Sequence record: MT612989.1
Length of the DNA stretch: 64,000 bases
Strand: one strand, 5' to 3'
Part shown: positions 1 to 8,614 of the stretch, piece after piece
How positions within the stretch are numbered: position 1 is the stretch's first letter
How the letters are laid out: the number at the start of each line of letters is the position of its first letter
Made by a program: the position numbers and the translations under genes
The notes under the pieces: generated by a model
Databases searched by the model: none
What the model was told of the DNA's origin: nothing
The model's input: only the letters and a program-made list of their open reading frames with translations

Positions 1-705
1 TTTTACAATGAACAAGTCCATGATTTTACGGTTCAGTGCAGCCAATGTAAGTGCATTTTTACCAGACTTGATTTTCATCTCAGTGATGTCAGACAGTTCG
101 GCTTTTGAATCAACCGATTCAACAGTCACATAAACGTCACCAAGCTCGATGTTTTCAGCCATTGACAGTATTTCAGATGCTGAATTGTCATCAATTGATA
201 GCGATTCAATTACAAGCTTATCAGAATCAGCAAGATTAATTTTCATTTCACGCATAGGGAAAACAACGTGAATGTCATTTTTCTTATAACCAAGCTTAGT
301 CGCTTCGGCAACAACCTGATCTAAGTAACCGCCTTTAATCACGATGCTAGGAAGACGAGCTTCAGTACACATGATCATAGACTTAACTTGCTGTAGCTCA
401 TGTGCTGGCAATGATAAGAATTCGTTTTCCATAAGCAAGTTGATTGTGCTTACGTTCTCGCTCAGATTAATATCGAAGTTTTTCTCATCGACGTTTTTAT
501 CTTCAGCAAGTTTAGTACTCATGATAGATTTAAGCTCATTTGCCTTTTCCATCATGCCGATAGTTGTTTCAACGCCTTTGCCTTTGCTGAACTCAGTAGA
601 TGCAGTGCCTAGCTCAACAATAACTTGACCAAACTTAGGGTAGATTTTACCACCCTGAGTTTGACGGCGATTTTCACTCAGAAATGAGTCAAAGTTACCT
701 AACAT
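1..705 (-). CDS. hypothetical protein, truncated at window edge (MLGNFDSFLSENRRQ...)
   Basis: ATG at 705 with AGGAA SD at 711-715; frame open to position 1; missing from ORF track because it runs off the window. Confidence 0.75.
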   Translation of the reverse strand, partial: MLGNFDSFLSENRRQTQGGKIYPKFGQVIVELGTASTEFSKGKGVETTIGMMEKANELKSIMSTKLAEDKNVDEKNFDINLSENVSTINLLMENEFLSLPAHELQQVKSMIMCTEARLPSIVIKGGYLDQVVAEATKLGYKKNDIHVVFPMREMKINLADSDKLVIESLSIDDNSASEILSMAENIELGDVYVTVESVDSKAELSDITEMKIKSGKNALTLAALNRKIMDLFIVK

Positions 706-714
706 GTTAATTCC

Positions 715-1227
715 TTAATCGTAAAATTTCTGTAAGTTAAGTGGTTCTTTCTGTTCATCTGGTTGAGCTTTAGCAGTCTTGCCAGATTCGTAAGAATTGA
801 CACGTTCTAACATCTGTTGAAGAAAATCGAAATCAGTTTCTTCACCATCAATCGAGTAGTTAGACGAATCACATAAGAATACTTTATATTTAATCGCTGT
901 ATCTTTTCTTTCTTTCTTAATACGTTGTACAAACGCATTGAAGCAAATACGAGTGATATAAGCGTGTGGGTTGTTATACTTGTCAGTGTCGAAGTTCTTG
1001 ATATAGCGCAAGCAATGTTCGATTGCGTCACCAATCATCTCTTCTTTCCATGTTGCAGTATACCCACTAAAATTGTAACGCCGAGATAAATTCTCGCTGA
1101 TCTTCATGATGCTGATTGCTACCACGTCAGGGACGGGAATTGCAGCATCAGGGTGTTTCTTCATTTCGTTTTTCCATTCGCACAAAGATGCGTACAGAGC
1201 TTTATTATCTACATAATGATTTTTCAT
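715..1227 (-). CDS. 55: sigma factor for late transcription gp55
   Basis: HYVDNK, YNFSGYT..WKEEMIGDAIE, NPHAYITRICFNAFVQRIKKE motifs of T4 gp55. Confidence 0.95.
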   Translation of the reverse strand: MKNHYVDNKALYASLCEWKNEMKKHPDAAIPVPDVVAISIMKISENLSRRYNFSGYTATWKEEMIGDAIEHCLRYIKNFDTDKYNNPHAYITRICFNAFVQRIKKERKDTAIKYKVFLCDSSNYSIDGEETDFDFLQQMLERVNSYESGKTAKAQPDEQKEPLNLQKFYD

Positions 1228-1235
1228 GTCACACC

Positions 1236-2135
1236 TTATACCGTTACTGCGTGAGTGTATGACAGCTTAGAACTGTTCGCAAGAACACCAAGATTATCCC
1301 AGTCGATTTCAACTGCACCCGTTTGATTGTCTTCTAATGGGGCTACGGTCAATGCGTATCGAGCAATCACACCGTAAATTGGGTGGAATGATTTTGAGTC
1401 TTGTGTTTTATATTGATATGCAATACCAGCGTCTGTTGCTTTGTCAAAGTTGTATGGGCTGAATACTAAACTTGAGATTTCATAATCACCAAGTTCTTTC
1501 TTAACACCAATTGTTACGTAGTCAGTCGTTGCATACTTGTCATGAACTAGATATAACCCAGAGTCACATTTATACATGCTAGTATCACCAATCTGTGTAG
1601 CCATACCAGTGCCCGTCAATAGACCAAATGCTTCACCACCTGCTACGATATATGTACCTGTACAACCCGTCGACTTTTCAATCTCAGCAGCAGATGCATG
1701 GACGAGCGAGTATAATTCTCGACCTTTATCAAAACGATTAGTAATCCCAGATAGCGTAATTGCACTACCAACAGTTGAAATACTGTTTAGTGCATCGATG
1801 ATATTAGTGTTGATGTCATCTGCGATTTGGTCAGCAATAGAATCTGTGATAATCGATTCATTGACACCAAGTGCTTGCATATCTTGAATTGTTTCAAGTG
1901 AGATTTCAGTTTTTAGCTTTGATGATTGAACTTGTGCATACCAGCGATCAAGTCTAAAACCATGGGGAAGCCAGCCACTCGCGTCATCAGCTTCAGCTAC
2001 AGATTTGAAACCGAATGCAGTCGCAACCGGTTGAGTTGTTGGCTGTTCTGAAACGATTTGCGTAAATATTAACGGGTATAGTCGTTTTTGAACAGAAACA
2101 ATGTCTGGTAAACCGTTACTATTAGATACAGTCAT
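1236..2135 (-). CDS. 24: capsid vertex protein gp24 (gp23 paralog)
   Basis: QPTTQPVA, SSKLKTEISLETIQDM, YGVIARYAL resemble the gp23/gp24 fold; TATAAATA late promoter upstream. Confidence 0.8.
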   Translation of the reverse strand: MTVSNSNGLPDIVSVQKRLYPLIFTQIVSEQPTTQPVATAFGFKSVAEADDASGWLPHGFRLDRWYAQVQSSKLKTEISLETIQDMQALGVNESIITDSIADQIADDINTNIIDALNSISTVGSAITLSGITNRFDKGRELYSLVHASAAEIEKSTGCTGTYIVAGGEAFGLLTGTGMATQIGDTSMYKCDSGLYLVHDKYATTDYVTIGVKKELGDYEISSLVFSPYNFDKATDAGIAYQYKTQDSKSFHPIYGVIARYALTVAPLEDNQTGAVEIDWDNLGVLANSSKLSYTHAVTV

Positions 2136-2190
2136 TGTATGATTCCTTTAATTTATTGCCGCATTTCAGCGGAGAGAATGTTATTTTCTT

Positions 2191-2430
2191 TTATTTATAT
2201 GTCTGGTTATCAACCCATTGCTTGAGTTCTGGAAGATGACCTATGTATGTATCACCATGCATAGCAAGAGGCACGCGAATGTTGCGCACCCCACCAAGTT
2301 TCTCATGCAATTTATCGATATCAGATTGAGACTGTAACTCTATTACAGTGTACGGGACGTTTTTGAACTTACAGAGGGAAATTGCGTGACGACAGCCGTC
2401 ACAGTTGGGAATTGTGTATATCGTTATCAT
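2191..2430 (-). CDS. glutaredoxin (NrdC-like)
   Basis: CDGC active site, VP and IG motifs, 79 aa. Confidence 0.85.
   Translation of the reverse strand: MITIYTIPNCDGCRHAISLCKFKNVPYTVIELQSQSDIDKLHEKLGGVRNIRVPLAMHGDTYIGHLPELKQWVDNQTYK
2192..2199 (-). promoter_or_regulatory. T4-type late promoter TATAAATA for gp24
   Basis: exact consensus about 55 nt upstream of the gp24 start. Confidence 0.8.
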
Positions 2431-2448
2431 TTCTTCACCTCGACCTAT

Positions 2449-2479
2449 ATTATACGTCTGCCAAGGTGGTTATTAAACA
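2449..2479 (-). promoter_or_regulatory. TGTTTA-class (middle-like) promoter for glutaredoxin
   Basis: GTTTAA-N18-TATAAT. Confidence 0.6.
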
Positions 2480-2486
2480 AATCTTA

Positions 2487-2547
2487 CTAATACTTCTAAT
2501 ATTACTAAAAGCACTAATACTACTAAGATGAGACGGAATTTTTCCGC
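2487..2547 (-). repeat. 61-bp dispersed repeat copy 1 with 9-bp periodic TTAG units
   Basis: reverse complement matches 45166-45226 at 60/61 positions. Confidence 0.95.
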
Positions 2548-2554
2548 TCAAACC

Positions 2555-2576
2555 AAAAAAAGCCCCTTTCGGGGCT
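2555..2576 (-). terminator. intrinsic terminator
   Basis: AGCCCC-GAAA-GGGGCT hairpin followed by a U tract. Confidence 0.85.
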
Positions 2577-2594
2577 ATAAAGAGAACAACAATG

Positions 2595-3410
2595 TTATAA
2601 ACCGTGAGATTTTTTGAAAGTGTCTAGACGCTTTTCGATTGTGTGAGCTTCTAGTTCAATAATGATGTACCAATCTTTGTATTTACCACGCTGTTCAAAT
2701 GACACTGACTTACAACCTTTGTGAGTAGTATTCATTACGATTTCTGCGATTGCGTCACGAGCAGCTTGACCACGTGCGTTTACTTTCTTAGCAGGCTTAG
2801 GCGCTTCAGCTTTCGGTGCAGGTGCTGCTACAGGTTCAACTGCTTTAGTATTTTCAGCTTTCTTAGCTTCGTGATCTGCTTTGATAGCGTTGAATGTTGA
2901 TGTTGCAACGCAACGAAGTTGACCTTCAGTTTCAGCTTTACGACCTTTCAAGTATAGAGCCTTGATATGTACTGGTTGAAAACGCTTAGTCAAACGATCC
3001 ATTTTCTGAACTACTTCAAGTTCACCTTGAGCGTTTTCGAAGAAAACAACGTACTTGCTATCTACAGCATCAGGGTTAGATACAGTTGAGCAACGCTTTG
3101 CATCGCCACCTAGTTGACGGTGTACACGCTTCCAGATAGCACCGTGACCACGTTCGTTGTAATCAGTGTAAGCAATCGCATGAGCCATTTCGTGAGTGAT
3201 TGTGTTGATTTGCTCTTCTTTAGTACGAGCGTTCAAGAATTCTTCAGAAATACGTAGCGTTTTAGTACGGTAGTTACAATCACCTAGTGCAGCTTTACGT
3301 TTTGAAAATTCAAATGACCAACCTTCTGCAATCAGATCGCGCTTCATCAAGTTGTTACCAGACATAAGGTCGATTGCGATAGCTTTCATTTCTGCTTTAG
3401 TGATTTTCAT
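2595..3410 (-). CDS. SprT-like zinc metalloprotease
   Basis: HEMAH zincin motif followed by HG..W; LGxC..RTKTLRIS upstream. Confidence 0.8.
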   Translation of the reverse strand: MKITKAEMKAIAIDLMSGNNLMKRDLIAEGWSFEFSKRKAALGDCNYRTKTLRISEEFLNARTKEEQINTITHEMAHAIAYTDYNERGHGAIWKRVHRQLGGDAKRCSTVSNPDAVDSKYVVFFENAQGELEVVQKMDRLTKRFQPVHIKALYLKGRKAETEGQLRCVATSTFNAIKADHEAKKAENTKAVEPVAAPAPKAEAPKPAKKVNARGQAARDAIAEIVMNTTHKGCKSVSFEQRGKYKDWYIIIELEAHTIEKRLDTFKKSHGL

Positions 3411-3454
3411 AATGTTCTCTCTTTAAGTAGTTCGTATCTCGTCTTGATGTGTTT

Positions 3455-3487
3455 ATTATCGGGGATTGACGTGTTATTGTCAATCCC
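3455..3487 (-). promoter_or_regulatory. early sigma70-type promoter with overlapping inverted repeat
   Basis: TTGACA-N17-GATAAT; GGGATTGAC/GTCAATCCC inverted repeat contains the -35. Confidence 0.7.
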
Positions 3488-3518
3488 TAAAACTACTTTT
3501 TTCGTGAATTATTTCAAA

Positions 3519-4022
3519 TTATTCACTAATTGACTTCACTTTTTCGATAATTTCAACGATTTCTTTCGCTGAACGATTCGAAAATATGATTGTCGATTTT
3601 TTGCGTCGCTGTACTTCTTTATGCTTTGCTGGGTTTAGATGTCCAAGTTCGCGATCAAGTTCCTTATTTGATAATACACTAGAACGAATCATTACGCGAT
3701 GACTATCAGGCAGTCCAGTAGTCACGTATACATTTAGACCGTGCTCTTCAGAGTCCATACCAGGCTGAGATTCTCGAATCTCCCAAAAATCTGAAGACTC
3801 GCTTTGTAGTTCTGCAAGTAGTTCTTCAGCAGTTGCTTTAGGCTGTGCTTCAGCGCGTACTTTACGTGCTTTCTTCGTCTTAGCAGCTTTCATTGCTTTC
3901 TGACGAAGGTCTGTTAAATAATGACGACGACCTTTCTCATCAACAGCTTGAAAACCGTTTGAGTCTACTGTCATGTTGAAGTAAGCAGCAAGTTGTTCGT
4001 TAGTCAGTGATTGTACATTCAT
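3519..4022 (-). CDS. hypothetical early protein
   Basis: 167 aa ORF with GAGAGA SD downstream of an early promoter. Confidence 0.7.
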   Translation of the reverse strand: MNVQSLTNEQLAAYFNMTVDSNGFQAVDEKGRRHYLTDLRQKAMKAAKTKKARKVRAEAQPKATAEELLAELQSESSDFWEIRESQPGMDSEEHGLNVYVTTGLPDSHRVMIRSSVLSNKELDRELGHLNPAKHKEVQRRKKSTIIFSNRSAKEIVEIIEKVKSISE

Positions 4023-4062
4023 AATTATTCTCTCTGTTCGTTAATTCGTTTCGATGAAGCTA

Positions 4063-4091
4063 TATTAGGTCTATATTGTTTTTCGTGCAAC
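4063..4091 (-). promoter_or_regulatory. early promoter
   Basis: TTGCAC-N17-TAATAT followed by CATCGAAACG; upstream A tract. Confidence 0.65.
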
Positions 4092-4141
4092 CTTTTTCTG
4101 ACAAAAAGTTTAAAATAATTTCAACGGGTGTTATGAGCAAT

Positions 4142-4149
4142 CATAAATA
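4142..4149 (+). promoter_or_regulatory. late promoter variant CATAAATA for the alt-like gene
   Basis: TAAATA core 32 nt upstream of ATG 4181. Confidence 0.6.
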
Positions 4150-4180
4150 CACATATATTTCTAAAGGGTGAGTCTATAAA

Positions 4181-5809
4181 ATGATTGGATTTCAACAATT
4201 AAATGAAAACATGAGCGCAACGTACGACTATTATCCGGCTCGCTCGACCAAAGAAAACAAATTCTTTGTGATCGACATGAAAGGCGAAGCCAGAGACATC
4301 GTTGTTTCGTTCACAACTAAAACAAAATCAGATATCGGAAATCGCGGTAAACGTTCTTGGTTCTGTACTGTATCAGCAATGCGCGGCAAAAAAGGCGGTG
4401 TTACTATTCGTGAAATGGGAGATGAACAAAAGCTTCAACAAACTATTGTTAAAGTGGTTCAAGATTTCATGATCAAACGTCGTGCGAATGTCGTTTCAAT
4501 GCGTGTGCAGAAACTAGGTACGGGTAAGATGTTCGACTTGCGCGTTAAAACGTTGTTTAAAAAGCTACGTTACGGCTGTGATACAACTAAGATTATTGGC
4601 GTGGGTGGTGAAGAAATTTCGCAAGATTACAGCTTCTTTATTGTAACCAAACCAGGGTATAATGCCGATAAGCTATTCGAAGCATCTGAAGAAACAATTA
4701 ACGATATTGCGTTAAAAATGTCACTCGAAACTGATATTTCAAGCAAGAAAACGATTATCGTAACTGCCGATGCTGCGTATGACGACTATGAAGATGACGT
4801 ACTAGGTAAATGGGTAGAAGAAAACCCCGCTGCACGTGTTCCAAATGATGTTCTTCAAATGCCTCAATATGAAGCGCGTGTAAGTTCGTCTGTTCGTTCT
4901 CAATTGAATGAAAGCAATGAACATGTTCTTGCTAATGCTGCGAAAGGTTTAATTGATATGAGTTTGAATCTTGAAACTGTGGCAGTTTCATTGAATTCAT
5001 ATATCGCCGAATCGAAGAAGCCTCAAAGCGTTCTGAATAGTATCATGGAATCTCGCTCACGTGCTCATGCAAGTCAGTATGAACGTCTTTCTTTGCAACT
5101 TATGCAGGAAGATTCATTTGCGGGTCTATCGTCACTTACACAAGCGGCTATTGCTAGATACTCCGCGACTCGTTTTTCATGGAAGGTGAATGAAGAGTTA
5201 TTACACGGAACTGGTGTTGATAAAGAATCACAGATTGTCTCACGCATCGACCAAGCGTTTTCTGAAGCTGGTATGATTGCTGGTGGAATGACGTTATATC
5301 GTGGCTGTGAAATGTCAAGTAAACATGTGCGCTCTATTCTTGAATCTGGCTCGTTTGTTTCGACTGCGTTTATCTCAACGTCAATCGACCCTCTTGTTGC
5401 TTGTAAGTTCGTTGAATCAAGCTCTAAGAACATCATTGATTCAACTGCTAAGAATAGTAAATCAGATATGCGTTCTCTGCTTGAGTCAGATAAGAAAATG
5501 AATGTTGTATTCATCATAGAAGCGAGCGGCTTGCCTGTTTTAGCTTCAGGTAAACACGGTATGAAAGACTCAAAAGAGATTATCATCAACCGTAATACGA
5601 TGTTTGAAGCTGACGTTGTTCAAATGTCTGAATACGACGCTGTAATTCGATTGAAAATCAAAGAAGATACGAAGCAAGGTGTATTGTCTGCTTTCAAAAA
5701 GCAAGACCGTTTACACGAGCTTTCAGAAGTAGCTAATTTCATGCGTTCTGTTGATGTAGATGTCGATGCAGATAGACTAACAAAAGAGCGTAGTCCTCTA
5801 ACACCATGA
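4181..5809 (+). CDS. alt: Alt-like NAD:protein ADP-ribosyltransferase
   Basis: C-terminal ART motifs TLYRG, FISTS, xxEIIINR; LNE propeptide; late promoter; position next to gene 30 as in T4. Confidence 0.75.
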   Translation: MIGFQQLNENMSATYDYYPARSTKENKFFVIDMKGEARDIVVSFTTKTKSDIGNRGKRSWFCTVSAMRGKKGGVTIREMGDEQKLQQTIVKVVQDFMIKRRANVVSMRVQKLGTGKMFDLRVKTLFKKLRYGCDTTKIIGVGGEEISQDYSFFIVTKPGYNADKLFEASEETINDIALKMSLETDISSKKTIIVTADAAYDDYEDDVLGKWVEENPAARVPNDVLQMPQYEARVSSSVRSQLNESNEHVLANAAKGLIDMSLNLETVAVSLNSYIAESKKPQSVLNSIMESRSRAHASQYERLSLQLMQEDSFAGLSSLTQAAIARYSATRFSWKVNEELLHGTGVDKESQIVSRIDQAFSEAGMIAGGMTLYRGCEMSSKHVRSILESGSFVSTAFISTSIDPLVACKFVESSSKNIIDSTAKNSKSDMRSLLESDKKMNVVFIIEASGLPVLASGKHGMKDSKEIIINRNTMFEADVVQMSEYDAVIRLKIKEDTKQGVLSAFKKQDRLHELSEVANFMRSVDVDVDADRLTKERSPLTP

Positions 5810-5812
5810 TCG

Positions 5813-5838
5813 AAAAAGGGAGCAAATTGCTCCCTTTT
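5813..5838. terminator. bidirectional terminator
   Basis: AAAAAGGGAGCAAATTGCTCCCTTTT between convergent genes. Confidence 0.85.
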
Positions 5839-5841
5839 CTT

Positions 5842-6723
5842 TTATCGAATATCTTCTAGTTCATAACCCCAGATATTACTAAAATCTTCTTCTGATTCGA
5901 CGTAATACAATGTATCTTGCTCACATAAAATCATATCACCTGCATCAAGCGCCGCACCTTTTTCACTAATATCAAATGTACGACCTGTTTTAGTGCGAAC
6001 TGTAATATCACCTAGCATTGACAGCCAAATGTCAGCCGAATCTAAGTTATTGAACTTACCACGCGGAGTTGTTGCTTCAATGTGAATAACATCACTCGAT
6101 TTTCGCTCTATGTAAACTCGACCGTGTGGCAATCCAAATCGAATGAAATCTCCGTCGTTGTCTAACCAGAATAACTTAGCCCAAGTGAATGCGTTAGTAT
6201 TTGGGAAAATAACGTACGTTAGTTCTTCTTCTTTGTGAATCCCGTCGTTATGCAGTCTGCGAACTTTCGGTGGGTTATTGTTCTTCAATGTGAAGCTATT
6301 TCCCATGACGTGAACCGTATAGTCCATCTTGTTCGCGTATCGCTCAGCCATACGTTTGTACAGTCGGAAACGTTTGTCTGCATCATTGCGATCTTCATCT
6401 GAGTACGCACTAAACGCAATCTCATCAGGGTTAATCTCAGACGCTTTTTCAAACGTAGCAGCTAGAATCGTACTTAATACTGTCATGGCATCTTTAGGCG
6501 ATCCTTTTGCAAGCGTGTGCGTCCAATTGCCTGTTTCACGATCTTTTCGTTGGAAAGCTACATATATGCTTACACCGCGTGGCGTTTCGCGATCTTGAAT
6601 CGTTGCTAGGTATTGGGTCCCGCCTACTGTGAAACTAGCTTCATTGTGCATAGCATCCCATCTATATGGCACTGGTCGGTCGAACGCTTCAATTAACGTT
6701 TCTCCATGTTCAAAAATGATCAT
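5842..6723 (-). CDS. late hypothetical protein, candidate internal head protein (AFDRP domain)
   Basis: TATAAATA upstream; LIE|AFDRP N-terminus; N-domain paralogous to the C-domain of 51066..51986. Confidence 0.7.
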   Translation of the reverse strand: MIIFEHGETLIEAFDRPVPYRWDAMHNEASFTVGGTQYLATIQDRETPRGVSIYVAFQRKDRETGNWTHTLAKGSPKDAMTVLSTILAATFEKASEINPDEIAFSAYSDEDRNDADKRFRLYKRMAERYANKMDYTVHVMGNSFTLKNNNPPKVRRLHNDGIHKEEELTYVIFPNTNAFTWAKLFWLDNDGDFIRFGLPHGRVYIERKSSDVIHIEATTPRGKFNNLDSADIWLSMLGDITVRTKTGRTFDISEKGAALDAGDMILCEQDTLYYVESEEDFSNIWGYELEDIR

Positions 6724-6747
6724 TTTCGTTATCTCTCTAAATGAAAG

Positions 6748-6755
6748 TATTTATA
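6748..6755 (-). promoter_or_regulatory. late promoter TATAAATA
   Basis: exact consensus 25 nt upstream of ATG 6723. Confidence 0.8.
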
Positions 6756-6782
6756 CGCAAAAAGGGGCATAAGCCCCCTTTA

Positions 6783-8120
6783 TTAACCTTTGAACCCGCT
6801 CATTTCTTCAAGCGCATTCGCAACATCTTTGTCATCACGGAATTGCACGAAAATAGGCAAGAAACAAGACCATGTTTCTTTATTGCGTGCGCGTGTGATT
6901 GCGTTGTAGTTGATTTCAACAATCATACCGATTACTTCATCACGACGTTCCCAAATTTCAGCACGCTGTTTATCACTGAAGCCACTACCGACTTTAGTAA
7001 TCAACATACCGCAAGCTGAACGAAGAAGAAGAGCACCCATTTTGCCTTTGTTCTTCTTGTCACCTTCGATTACTTCAATGATCTCTAAATCACCATCGTG
7101 AACTTCTTTGTATTTCACAAGTGATTTGCTTCGCTTGTTTTCCCAGAGTGCATCTGGGTCTTTCAAGATGATACCTTCTAGACCTTGAGCAACGTACTGA
7201 TTGTAGATTTCAGATGCTTGTTCTTTTGTAGAAACAGTCTGCCACGGAATCGGTTCGATGATACCACGTGCTTTAATAGCAACATCTGCAAGAATCTGTT
7301 TACGTTTACTGTACGGCATGTTCAATTCATTCGACTTACCGAAATAAACGTCTTCAGGGATGATATCCCACACTTGAAATACAATGTCAGCCTGTTCTTT
7401 CGGTGTGATTGTACCTTTGCTTGCTTTGTTGACAATGCCATTACCAGTCGAACGGTCTTCAACCTCATGTAAACCGTTTGGCGCGTACACAAGCTCACCG
7501 TCGATAACAAAGCCGTTTACACCCATTTCAGTCAAGCCTTTCTCAACTTTGACTAGACCTTGATAGCGTTTACCGTTACGCGATGTAAGAGTAATGTTAC
7601 CATCTAAGTCAACATGAGCGAAACAACGAGCACCATCAGCTTTCAATTCAGCGTATGCGATTTTAGTTAGAATCGCGTCAATTAGTTTGTCGTTCTTCGG
7701 GCTTGCAAGCATTTGAGGTTGTTCTGGAATCAGTTTCTTCCAAACTTTGTTTGCAGTACCACCCGTACAACCAGTTCGAAGGTCTTTCAATATAACACGA
7801 CGAATCACTTCCGCGTCGTCTTCAGAAACTGAAGCGAGTATACGAGCAACAAAATCTTGTGCAGAATGACCGCGCACTTGATTCACAACCAACGCACTAA
7901 ACACTTGCTCTAGTGCATCTTCTAGTTCGGTATATTCATGCACATATGCTTCACCTGCATTCACTTCAGGCAGTTTCTTCATATTAAACTGATACGTAGG
8001 TGTGTATGCAAGCTCAAATACACGCTTTAGCAATTCATTGTCTTTTTCAGACTTCAGGATTGCTTCTTTTTCAGTGCGTTTAGTCGTTGCTGCTAGTTTA
8101 TTCAGGATTGGTAGAATCAT
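6783..8120 (-). CDS. 30: ATP-dependent DNA ligase gp30
   Basis: ELKADGAR adenylation motif, DGEL, EGIILK, VGSGFSD, FLPIF motifs. Confidence 0.97.
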   Translation of the reverse strand: MILPILNKLAATTKRTEKEAILKSEKDNELLKRVFELAYTPTYQFNMKKLPEVNAGEAYVHEYTELEDALEQVFSALVVNQVRGHSAQDFVARILASVSEDDAEVIRRVILKDLRTGCTGGTANKVWKKLIPEQPQMLASPKNDKLIDAILTKIAYAELKADGARCFAHVDLDGNITLTSRNGKRYQGLVKVEKGLTEMGVNGFVIDGELVYAPNGLHEVEDRSTGNGIVNKASKGTITPKEQADIVFQVWDIIPEDVYFGKSNELNMPYSKRKQILADVAIKARGIIEPIPWQTVSTKEQASEIYNQYVAQGLEGIILKDPDALWENKRSKSLVKYKEVHDGDLEIIEVIEGDKKNKGKMGALLLRSACGMLITKVGSGFSDKQRAEIWERRDEVIGMIVEINYNAITRARNKETWSCFLPIFVQFRDDKDVANALEEMSGFKG

Positions 8121-8310
8121 CTGGACCCTCTATATAAATTTCAGGACGAACACGTGCAACAAAGCACTGCTCGTGTAAATCATTTTTGTACAACACTTTA
8201 AGTGCATCTTGCTCTTTCAGGTACAATGCAGGCATTGTAACATCACCGAGATCAATAATCGCCACTTCTTGGTTGCTTTTCATTAGTATAGCAAACATCA
8301 TTTTCCTCAA
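8098..8310 (-). CDS. hypothetical protein
   Basis: 70 aa ORF in operon order with overlapping neighbours. Confidence 0.55.
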   Translation of the reverse strand: MRKMMFAILMKSNQEVAIIDLGDVTMPALYLKEQDALKVLYKNDLHEQCFVARVRPEIYIEGPDDSTNPE

Positions 8311-8551
8311 AATATACGTTGCCGTTGTTGATTGTTACTAAGAATGGCTTACCTGCGATATGATCACCGTAAATGTGAACAATATAATCACAAGCTTCTT
8401 TGTTCCATTCTTGCCAATCGGTTTGCAATTCAGCTTCCCATTCTTCTCGATTCGAAAAGAACGGCTTGCCTTTTGCCTCTCGCTTATCTAACGCAACAGC
8501 ACGTTTTGCAAGTGCGCTATCAGCATGAATAATATAAGCTCGTTTAATCAT
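8252..8551 (-). CDS. hypothetical protein
   Basis: 99 aa ORF after promoter/terminator. Confidence 0.65.
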   Translation of the reverse strand: MIKRAYIIHADSALAKRAVALDKREAKGKPFFSNREEWEAELQTDWQEWNKEACDYIVHIYGDHIAGKPFLVTINNGNVYFEENDVCYTNEKQPRSGDY

Positions 8552-8560
8552 AATTAACCC

Positions 8561-8613
8561 AAAAAAGCCCCGACAGGAGCTTTATTATATGATGAATGTA
8601 AGACGTGTTAAAC
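8561..8613 (-). promoter_or_regulatory. GTTTA-class promoter with a terminator hairpin directly after the -10
   Basis: GTTTAA-N18-TATAAT, then AAAGCTCC-TGTC-GGGGCTTTTTT. Confidence 0.55.
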
Positions 8614-8614
8614 T

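Noticed and set aside
344-628. Plus-strand ORF and similar antisense ORFs throughout (e.g. 5074..5589, 14011..14409, 59362..59871)
   Set aside because: They lie opposite well-supported genes, lack SDs, and are Ser/Ile/Phe-rich as expected of shadow frames.
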